DNA of 64,000 nucleotides from Macrostomum lignano (taxonomy: Eukaryota), in contig NIVC01000029.1 in the NCBI GenBank assembly GCA_002269645.1, positions 744,001-808,000 on the forward strand, read 5' to 3'. The notes under the pieces are model-generated. The model was given only the letters and a program-made list of their open reading frames with translations. It was not told the origin of the DNA and searched no databases. The first letter of the stretch is position 1; every line of letters begins with the position of its first letter. The position numbers and the translations under genes were made by a program. Below are positions 13,701 through 24,100 of this stretch, in pieces.

Positions 13701-16681
13701 ATTGGCTTTCTATTGGCTAGTTTACTGGCTTCCTATTGGCTAGTTTATTGGCTTCCTATTGGCTAGTTTATTGGCTTCCTATTAGCTAGTTTATTGGCTT
13801 TATGTTAGCCAGTGCTGGTTACAAAAGTTTATGTTTTTTCGATTGTTCATAATTTCTAGATTTTATCATTCGCAAGTCAGCCCCGCAACAGTCAGATCAG
13901 AAGCAGCAAAAGCAGCTTGAAGAACAACAGAAGCAATCGTCGAAATCGTCTGATTATAATCGAGCTTCGGATTCAACTGCCGCGTCATCTGATAGTCGGG
14001 TAATTAATCGCTCCTATACGATATTTTCTATCAATTGATTTATAAAATTTTCATTCTTATAATGCTACTATTCAGTAGTGTATCTAGAATTTCTTAATTA
14101 TTTTTACCTAAAGTACAAAAAATGCATCTATAATACTCCTATGAGTTGTAGCTTAGTGGTTAGAGCGTCGGACTGACGACTGAAAGGTCGGGGGTTCGAT
14201 TCTAGACCCAATCGGAACAATTTGCGTCCTTAAGCAAGACACTTAACTAGCTGTAAAATGGGTGCCAGCATTAGCTCGTAGCTGGGGTAATTAAGGTTGT
14301 GTGGCGAACCCCCAGTCCTTGGACTGAACAGCCGTACGCAGCCTTCAGCTGCGCCGCGCAATAGCTGCGGCTGAGCTGTCGGTTGCACGTCTTCCCATTT
14401 GGGCAGGTGTAGTCAATTATTATCTTATTATTATTCATTAATGATACTCCGGTTTCATTTTAATATGCAGCTTTTGAGAAATGGGACAACGTGTACTTTT
14501 TTAATTACTTCGGTTAGCTAAGTCTAGGCTGTACGTGGCCTTCTGTTACTTTTATTATATTCTTTAAGCGAAAAAAATCTTTAAGCTTAAGATTATTAAG
14601 CTGTCATTCATTTGATTGCGTGTTGCTCTTCAGACGCAAGTTAATTGCAGGGAGAATCTTTTCTTCGTTAAGCCGCTTTTCCTGCTAGAAAGAAAATCTT
14701 CTACTGTTTTGTGAATCGGTTTTAGCTAATCAGCTAATTTGATTAGGTAGTCGCGTGCGCTGTTAGCTTTTAGTGTCTTTTGTTCTCTTAACTTTTTAAT
14801 ATGCTGCTAGCCATTGATTTACAGACAGTCAGACTTAGTGATTGATTCACAGACAGACAGACTAAGTGATTGATTCACAGACAGACAGACTAAGTGATTG
14901 ATTCACAGACAGACAGACTAAGTGATTGATTCACAGACAGACTTAGTGATTGATTCACAGACAGACAGACTAAGTGATTGATTCACAGACAGACTTAGTG
15001 ATTGATTCACAGACAGACAGACTGAGTGATTGATTCACAGACAGACTTAGTGATTGATTCACAGACAGACAGACTGAGTGATTGATTCGCAGACAGACTT
15101 GGTGATTGATTCACAGACAGACAGACTAAGTGATTGATTCACAGACAGACAGACTAAGTGATTGATTCACAGACAGACTTAGTGATTGATTCACAGACAG
15201 ACAAAGTGATTGATTCACAGACAGACTTAGTGATTGATTCACAGACAGACAGACTTGGTGATTGATTCACAGACAGACAGACTAAGTGATTGATTCACAG
15301 ACAGACAGACTAAGTGATTGATTCACAGACAGACTTAGTGATTGATTCACAGACAGACAGACTAAGTGATTGATTCACAGACAGACTTAGTGATTGATTC
15401 ACAGACAGACAGACTAAGTGATTGATTCACAGACAGACTTAGTGATCGATTCACAACCGACATATGTAAGAGTTTTATAAAGGAAGTATTATGAGTTTTT
15501 TAAATGGCATCTCCCATAATTTCACTGTCCAGGTACAACTACTATGGAAGCCTCTACAGCCATCTGGATCTGTCTCCAGCTCCAGAGGTCGCAGATCTTC
15601 CCCTACAGCAGCTGTTGCATCCGCTACAACTCGGGACAGCGCATCGGGCAGTAAAAGCAGCAGAAAAGACGACAGTAGTGGCGCATCCAAGTTCGTACCG
15701 GTTGTTCCTGCCGCAGCCGATGCGTCATCCTCTGACAAACGTTCTGCCGAACGAATTTCTCAGTCTACTATTCAGCAGAGAATTCGCGAAATTGAAGACC
15801 GTCATCGCAAATATTCGCCTAATGCTAGAGAGCAGCGTTGGTCACCTAAGCAGCAACTAATTAAGCAGGAGAAGCAACCGGAAGAAACACAGCATCAGCA
15901 GCAATTGCCGCAACAGCCATCTCAGCGACACCATTTGCATCCTCGATTTTATAATAATTCTTCAATAAATCGCGCTCAGAGTCCTAAACTGCCGCGTCAG
16001 TCTCAGTATCAGCAGCGTCTTCAACCCGATGATTCGCCTCGCGATTCACGCGACAATCGACGCTATCAGTCTAGAGATAGCCGTAGCCGTAGCCGTGGTC
16101 GTAGCCGTAGTCGTGGCCGTAGCCGTAGTCGTGGCCGTAGCCGTAGTCGAAGCTACAGCCGAAGCCGCAGCCGGAGTCCGTATCGCTTCGCGGGCTATCG
16201 CCCTTGGCAGCCGCGCGGCTGGCACAGAGGCAGGGGCAGGGGCCGAGGCGGAGCCTACCGAGGCTACAGAGGAGGCGGCTATAATCGCTATCATAATAAT
16301 CCTCGCTCTAGGTCCCGTTCGAGGTCCCGTTCGATTTCCCGCTCGAGATCCCGATCCAGAAATCGATCCCGCTCGCTATCACGTTCGCCTCATTTTACTC
16401 GAGCCGGCGTTGTGCCTCTGCCTACTACTACAAATGCTACTACTTCTACTACTAGTAGTACTAATAGAAAGCGAAACGACAAAAAAGAATTGCCGAAAGA
16501 GAAGTCGCCGAAAAAGGATTCACCAATCAAGTCGCCGTCGGCTTCAGCATCAGCAGCCTCGCCCGAAGCCGCCGCAGTCGCCGAGTCTAAACGAAGTCCT
16601 CATCCAGAAGAGACGCTGGCGGACTTGGAAAATTTCCTAGCCGAATTGAAGCAGAAAAAACGAGACATCGATTTGGATTAA
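4647..16681 (+). CDS. TTC14: Tetratricopeptide repeat protein 14-like (S1-like domain, TPRs, long Arg/Ser/Asp-rich tail); 11 exons found, start codon not found
   Basis: Phase-consistent exons: 4647-4887, 4974-5105, 6305-6463, 7512-7699, 9225-9416, 9495-9617, 10082-10190, 10269-10474, 10946-12855, 13860-13999, 15533 (or 15560)-16681; about 1515 aa. Segments [53 protein letters not shown] and [12 protein letters not shown] resemble recalled TTC14 ([45 protein letters not shown]). C-terminus is [15 protein letters not shown]. Confidence 0.85.
5230..6200. repeat. ~23-bp minisatellite (gaatcgccatcaatccaccccaa), AATCGCC family
   Basis: Visible tandem array filling TTC14 intron 5106-6304. Confidence 0.9.
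6555..7440. repeat. 24/22-bp minisatellite (aaacccaccatgagaatcgccgct), AATCGCC family
   Basis: Tandem array in TTC14 intron 6464-7511. Confidence 0.92.
7785..9172. repeat. 28-bp minisatellite (ctgggccagcctcccagagtgtcagttg)
   Basis: Tandem array in TTC14 intron 7700-9224; same family as 30436-31760. Confidence 0.92.
9700..10050. repeat. Degenerate ~41-bp tandem repeat (ctaattgtcatggctacttgtctatagtctatgggtagact)
   Basis: Several diverged copies in TTC14 intron 9618-10081. Confidence 0.65.
10500..10875. repeat. (GACA)n-derived repeat
   Basis: gacagaca runs in TTC14 intron 10475-10945. Confidence 0.85.
11635..11994 (+). repeat. Coding 45-bp tandem repeat ([15 protein letters not shown]) in TTC14
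   Basis: 7 near-identical units plus one PSSPYD variant, in frame within exon 10946-12855. Confidence 0.92.
12895..13805. repeat. 23-bp minisatellite (actagtttattggcttcctattg)
   Basis: Tandem array in TTC14 intron 12856-13859. Confidence 0.92.
14143..14435 (+). mobile_element. tRNA-derived SINE, family A (CORE/Meta-like central domain), copy 1
   Basis: A box TAGCTTAGTGG, B box GGTTCGATTC, body gtccttaagcaagacacttaac...ctgtaaaatggg resembling the CORE domain, (ATT)n-like tail; lies in a TTC14 intron. Confidence 0.75.
14815..15455. repeat. 28/24-bp minisatellite (acagacagacagactaagtgattgattc)
   Basis: Tandem array in the last TTC14 intron. Confidence 0.9.
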
Positions 16682-17089
16682 AAATGCATGTTACAGTTGA
16701 CGCGTTTTCTAAACTGGGACGGTTTTAGAATGAAAGAAGACTATGTTAAATATATACAATGGCATATGCATTAATGTTCGCTTTGATATTAGTCTCAATT
16801 CAACTCTTTTTTCAGTAGTTTCTCTGCGCATTGTCACTAAAATTTAATGTGAGGCAGCTAAAATCTCCTTTCCATTCCTCGGGGTTTGCGGTCTTAGTAG
16901 ACTATATTAGAAAAAATCGGTTCAGGCATTCAGGCTGTACACTGTAATACCGGTCAGACTAGACCTTGGAAATTTAGTACATATTGTGATGATATGGGGG
17001 TTAAGCATGAACAATAAGCATTTAGCTTTTACATCAGTGAACGCCAGACAGACGAGACTCAGTCTAGGAAGGGAGACAGGCCAAATATA

Positions 17090-17335
17090 TCTCAGCCAAT
17101 CAGAGAGCAGTAAGGAGAGAAGTCAGTCAGCCGGGGGGGTTAGGCCCAATCCAGCTCAGCCAATGAGAGAACAGTAAGGAGAGAGATCAAATTCAGACAA
17201 ACGAATGTCAGCCGGGGGGGGGTAGGCCTAATCCAGCTCAGCCAATGAGAGAACAGTAAGGGGGGAGGTCAAAGTCAGACAAACGAATGTCAGCCGGGGG
17301 GGGGGGGCAGGCCCAATCTAGCTCAGCTAATGAGA
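17090..17335. repeat. ~85-bp tandem repeat x3 with CCAAT and G-runs
   Basis: ctcagccaatgagagaacagtaagg...cagccgggggggg repeated between the TTC14 and DCAF15-like genes. Confidence 0.75.
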
Positions 17336-18106
17336 GAAGAGCAGCAAGAAATAAAAATAGGCTCGTAGATGTCTTGCAGTTGGAAGCCGCTACTCTGTAA
17401 GCGGTGGTAAATGCACATTTTTCTAGATTTTTAATAATCAAATTATTTCAGCCAATTAATTTCAAAGTAATTTTAGCGGTTAAAAAAATTGTACGAGTAA
17501 TTGTTTTTCTCTGTGCTCTCCTGTTTAATTGATTCGCATCATAATTTGCTAATTTCCGATAATAATTACAATAGTAGTAAATTCTTGTCTGTCAATAAAA
17601 TAATTAATTATAATTCTACTAGTTGTTAGTTTTAAATTGTATTTCAAATACGAATTTTAATAAATTAATAAATAAAATTCACTTTTACTCGTTGAAAATT
17701 TGAAATTTCTTTACTGATTCTTGTCTATATATTTTTGCTAGGGTAGTGTTGGCGACAATGATTGAGCTGCATCCGCGTTGTTATTAGTGTACTAAATATT
17801 GGCAACCTTAGTACCCATTGGTTAGTGAACCTCTTAGTATCACGGATGTAGTCTCAATGCCAGTATTGATGACCTTATGTAATTTTTAGACTGAAAATGT
17901 CGCTCTTAGAATGCAATAATCAATAAAAACATAGATTATTACGAATTTAATGATCAGTGGATTGGCTATTTTTATACTCGACTAAAGTCCATTTATATGT
18001 AGTAGAAGTTAATTTTATTATCTAATATATTTATATACATACGCCTCTTTTCTTGGATGCTTAAAGTAATAAATCCTGACACAAAGGAGAGTCGGTTTTC
18101 ATACAA

Positions 18107-21100
18107 ATGGAAGCTGAGAGTCGACTCAATTCCATTTCTTTGCATCGTTATCTGCAGCTCAGACAATGCAACAATAACAATACTACTAATAGTAGTAAAG
18201 CTGGCCGATATCCTGGACTAATTCGAATCCGATTGGAACGCCTATTTGACAGCGTGTCGCCTTCGGAATGGCGCAACAACGTTTTCTTGGGTTTCTTGGC
18301 CGATGGCCAACTGCTTTGCTCGTATCGATTTCTTGCTTGCGATTACGGCGATGCAGCTAGTCAAGATGGAGACGATTCCCGCGGCGGTGGAGACCTTTTT
18401 GTCAACAGCTATCAACTGCTGCTGTGGCAGGTTGATGTGCGAGCCTCGCAGCCTAGGTAGTTGATTCTAGTTGTCATTGGGGCTGCCCCTGTGTGTTGAA
18501 GTCTAGGGAATTCCACTTTTGGAATCAGGCTAGTATATATTGAAGTTTCGGGAACTCCCTTTTTGGAGATCATGCTAGTCTATATTTTAAGTTTTGGGAA
18601 TTCCCCTTTTGGAGATCAGGCTAGTCTATATTTGAGTTTTGGGAATTCCCTTTTAGAAATCAGGCTAGTATGTATTGAAGTTTCGGGAATTCCCTTTTTG
18701 GAGATAATGCTGGTCTATATTTTAAGTTTTGGGAATTCCCCTTTTGGAGTTCAGGCTAGTATATATTGAAGTTTTGGGAATTCCTCTTTTAGAAATCAGG
18801 CTAGTCTATATTTTAGTTTTGGGAATTCCCCTTTTGGAGATCAGGCTAGTATATATTGAAGTTTCGGGAACTCCCTTTTTGGAGATAATGCTAGTCTATA
18901 TTGAAGTTTTGGGAATTCCCTTTTAGAAATCAGGCTAGAATATATTGAAGTTTTGAGAATTCCCCTTTTGGAGATCAGGCTAGTCTATTTTGAAGTTTTG
19001 AGAATTCCCCTTTTGGAGATCAGGCTAGTCTATTTTGAAGTTTTGGGAATTCACCTTTTGGAGATCAGGCTAGTCTATATTGAAGTCGGGAATTCCCCTT
19101 TCCGAATTCAGGCTACCCTGTATTGAAGTTTGGGAATTCCCCTTAGTGGATCAGGCTACTCGATGCGGAGTTATGGGAATTCCACTTAGTAGATCTGGCT
19201 ACTCAGTTGGAGTTGAGGAAATTTCCCTTTGTAGACCAGACAACTTTTTTGTTTTTGTTGATCAATTGAATTTGTACATATAATAAAACATGATTAAGTG
19301 GTCTAATATCGTTAATAATTAAACTTATTCAGGGCAACATTAGCCGTTGCTTACGACATCTCGTGGCTTGCTAGATTTGAGCATCAGCCCATCTGTGTGA
19401 CAGAATGCCGCGGCGTTGCTTGCGTTTCGACTCCGCAACTGCCGCATCGTCGATTGTTGATTGGGCTGCCAAGTTTGACTAGTGGCTGTGCGAACTGTTC
19501 AGTTGATTTGGCAGCTGGGAGCACCGTGTCTTGTAGTCGGCACGTTTGGAGATGCCAACTAGAGGAGCCCGCTTCTACCGGTTGTGTGAGTTTATCTGCT
19601 GTGTTTCGGTAATTATAATAAAATACTTCATGAAGAGCTAAATTGGCTCTAAGTGGAGTGCGCGTTTGAGGAAAGAGACGCGGCGAGACTGAAGAGCCAA
19701 TCAGAAGGCAGAGAGGGAGAGAGAGATAGTAAAAGGATGGGTGCAGTGCACGACTGAGGAAGGAGACGAGATTGAAGAGCCAATCAGAAGGCGGAGAGGG
19801 AAAGATATAATAAAAGAAGGGGTGGAGTGCACGACTGAGAAAAGAGGCGGCGAGATTGAAGAGCCAATCAGAAGGCAGAGAAAGAGAGAGATAGTAAAAG
19901 GATGGGTGCAGTGCACGACTGAGGAAGGAGACGAGATTGAAGAGCCAATCAGAAGGCGGAGAGGGAAAGATATAATAAAAGAAGGGGTGGAGTGCACGAC
20001 TGAGAAAAGAGGCGGCGAGATTGAAGAGCCAATCAGAAGGCAGAGGGGGAAAGAGATAGTAACAGGAGAGTTGGAGTGCGCGACTGAGAAAAGAGGCGGC
20101 GAGATTGAAGAGCCAATCGGAAGGCAGAGGGGGAAAGAGATAGTAACAGGAGAGTTGGAGTGCACGACTGAGAAAAGAGGCGGCGAGATTGAAGAGCCAA
20201 TCAGAAGGCAGAGGGAAAGAGATAATAAAAAAGGGGTGGAGTGCGCGACTGAGAAAAGAGGCGGCGAGATTGAAGAGCCAATCAGAAGGCAGAGGGAAAG
20301 AGATAATAAAAAAGGGGTGGAGTGCGCGACTGAGAAAAGAGGCGGCGAGATTGAAGAGCCAATCAGAAGGCAGAGGGAAAGAGATAATAAAAAAGGGGTG
20401 GAGTGCGCGACTGAGAAAAGAGGCGGCGAGATTGAAGAGCCAATTAAAAGCCAACGGGGGAGAGGGATAAGAATAAAAAGGCATTTATAAACATCTATAA
20501 ATCGATAATCACATATAAAGTAGATATACTGCTCTATATACAGACTAATCCAATCACTTCTTCTACTCTCTTTCCCAGGACTCCGAGCTGCATCAGCGCT
20601 TCTCCCCGTCAACGATCTCTTCTGACCCTATTATTGACTCAGATCTGAGCAACAAGAACAGCTCCAGAAAGTGTTTGAATCCTCCAACTGCCTCAATAGG
20701 CGCTCTTGGCCCCTCTAGGGTGCTATTTAAAGACGATAGTCAATTATTAGTATTTTGCGACTCATTAAAATCCATCTCGGGAGGTTCCATTCGTCTAGTT
20801 CGAGTTGGGCCGATTTTCGCGAATAATTTTCGCAGAAAATTCCCTGGCGATCGGCTGTGCAAGTTGCGTCTGTGTCCGTGCGGCCTGGCTTATAACTTTT
20901 TGCCAGAAAGTACTTTAGCCTTTTACGAGTGCTTCGCCGATGTACAGGAAAGCAAAGATACTGACGACAGCTCTAGTGATTCCTCGGCTTCTGTTGATGA
21001 AGCTGATGACGGGGATGTAGACGAAGAAGCTGAAGAGAGCGAAAAGGAACGAGAATTGAAGTATCGTTTGTCATTGTCGGCAGGGTAAGCAACATTTTTA

Positions 21101-24100
21101 TTGTCTGCTGTCAGTTGTCTGGCGCTCTAGCAGCTTCAAATTTGTCACTCTCTCAGCTATAGAATCTGTCACTCCCAGCTATAGAATCTGTCACTTCCAG
21201 CTATAGAATCCGTCACTCTCCCAGCTATAGAATCCGTCACTCTCCCAGCTATAGAATCCGTCACTCTCCCAGCCATAGAATCTGTCACTCTCCCAGCTAT
21301 AGAATCCGTCACTCTCCCAGCTATAGAATCCGTCACTCTCCAAGCTATAGACTCTGTCACTCTCCCAGCTATAGACTCTGTCACTCTCCCAGCTATAGAC
21401 TCTGTCACTCTCCCAGCTATAGACTCTGTCACTCTCCCAGCTATAGAATCTGTCACTCCCAGCTATAGAATCTGTCACTCTCACAGCTATAGAATCCGTC
21501 ACTCTCCCAGCTATAGAATCTGTCACTCTCACAGCTATAGAATCTGTCACTCCCAGCTATAGAATCTGTCACTCTCACAGCTATAGAATCTCACTCTCAC
21601 AGCTATAGAATCCGTCACTCTCCCAGCTATAGAATCTGTCACTCTCACAGCTATAGAATCTGTCACTCCCAGCTATAGAACCCGTCACTGTCTTAGAAAT
21701 ATGTCGCTTCTAAGATCTGTAAATCTCACCCATTCTGTCTTGAGCCTCCTCAATAATTTCTCTACTTTAGCTACGCTAGACATCCTGACATAGTAATCCT
21801 CTTACGAAAAGTTCAGCTATATAATTGCATTTTCGCTAGGCTAGGTAGCTATGAAACGCTGTATCTTGATATATTTCTGGTTATTAATAGTCCAGCTATT
21901 AATTATTGAACTCTTAAGCCGACTCGAAGGAACTCGATCTGTTTAATCTTTCTCGCTCCTCTTAGAGCATTAGATCTTCACAGAAAATCAAAATTGAAAG
22001 TTCAGCATAACACTTGCATTTCTGTAATACAGTGTGGCAGTTATATGTGTACTCATTGAGATCTGCATGTACAGTCAATCTGTACTCATTGAGATCTGCA
22101 TGTACAGTCAATCTGTACTCATTGAGATGTACAGTCAATCTGTACTCATTGAGATGTACAGTCAATCTGTACTCATTGAGATCTGCATGTACAGTCAATC
22201 TGTACTCATTGAGATCTGCATGTTCAGTCAATCTGTACTCATTGAGATGTACAGTCAATCTGTACTCATTGAGATCTGCATGTTCAGTCAATCTGTACTC
22301 ATTGAGATGTACAGTCAATCTGTACTCATTGAGATCTGCATGTACATTCAATCTGTACTCATTGAGATCTGCATGTACATTCAATCTGTACTCATTGAGA
22401 TCTGCATGTACATTCAATCTGTACTCATTGAGATCTGCATGTACATTCAATCTGTACTCATTGAGATGTACAGTCAATCTGTACTCATTGAGATCTGCAT
22501 GTTCAGTCAATCTGTACTCATTGAGATCTGCATGTTCAGTCAATCTGTACTCATTGAGATGTACAGTCAATCTGTACTCATTGAGATCTGCATGTTCAGT
22601 CAATCTGTACTCATTGAGATCTGCATGTACATTCAATCTGTACTCATTGAGATCTGCATGTACAGTCAATCTGTACTCATTGAGATGTACAGTCAATCTT
22701 TACTCATTGAGATCTGCATGTACATTCAATCTGTACTCATTGAGATCTGCATGTTCAGTCAATCTGTACTCATTGAGATGTACAGTCAATCTGTACTCAT
22801 TGAGATCTGCATGTTCAGTCAATCTGTACTCATTGAGATCTGCATGTACATTCAATCTGTACTCATTGAGATCTGCATGTACATTCAATCTGTACTCATT
22901 GAGATGTACAGTCAATCTGTACTCATTGAGATCTGCATGTTCAGTCAATCTGTACTCATTGAGATCTGCATGTTCAGTCAATCTGTACTCATTGAGATCT
23001 GCATGTACAGTCAATCTGTGCTCATTGAGATGTACAGTCAATCTGTACTCATTGAGATGCACAATCAATCTGTACTCATTGAGATCTGCATGTTCAGTCA
23101 ATCTGTACTCATTGAGATCTGCATGTACATTCAATCTGTACTCACTGATATCTGCATGTACAGTCAATCTGTACTCATTGAGATCTGCATGTACATTCAA
23201 TCTGTACTCACTGAGATCTGCATGTACAGTCAATCTGTACTCATTGAGATCTGCATGTACATTCAATCTGTACTCATTGAGATCTGCATCTACAGTCAAT
23301 CTGTACTCACTGAGATCTGCATGTACATTCAATCTGTACTCACTGAGATCTGCATGTACAGTCAATCTGTACTCATTGAGATCTGCATGTACAGTCAATC
23401 TGTACTCATTGAGATCTGCATGTACAGTCAATCTGTACTCATTGAGAGCTACACTGTACTTTATACTTTTTTCAGGTACATGTACTTTCTGAACCCATAA
23501 CTTTTCAAATCGCAGTTAGCTTTTATCTCAATATCCAACCGATTAATTTCTTTTCACAGGCGTTTAGCCCGTCCGACACCGAGTACGCCTTGCGATCTAT
23601 GTCTTTTCTTAAAGTACACCCAGTACTATCCAACCTCGTCAGTGCTTAATTTCAACCAATTCTCGCCAATACGACTCTATCAAGCTCAACGGCTGAGCTT
23701 AAACAGGCGCGGGATTCATTCTCACTCGCTAGAATCGGAGCCCTATCCCAGCCCCTGCTGCTGCGATCTGATTGGCTGCCGTCAGGGACCAATAGCAGTC
23801 GAGGAAGCTCTCGGATTGAAAAGCAACGCCAGCTGTATTAGTAATGATAATAATAATCGACATCGCGATCTTTTATCGCAACAGTCGGAATTGTCAGTGT
23901 GCAGTCCGTGCAATTATCTCTATACAGATAATCGATATCTGAGCTACACTTATCGATTGTTCTCGGCGCATTCTGGCGAACCCGACGAATTGCCGGTTTA
24001 TGACTATTCAGATTTGACTGGATCAGCGCACTGCTCGGCTTTGTTATATTGTATGCGAGGTGAGTAAGGGCTCTATTGGGCTGCTGCTTTGTCAGTTCTT

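Noticed and set aside
14143-14215. Possible tRNA gene
   Set aside because: The head runs into a SINE body duplicated at 27170-27435, and the acceptor stem is not intact.
19586-19612. Alternative donor GTAATT at 19609 for DCAF15-like exon 2
   Set aside because: Phase 2 would hit a stop in exon 3; the GTGAGT donor at 19586 keeps the frame.
22014-23500. ORFs of 243-492 aa in several frames on both strands
   Set aside because: Translation of a 33/27-bp intronic satellite whose unit lengths are multiples of three; lies inside a modelled intron.
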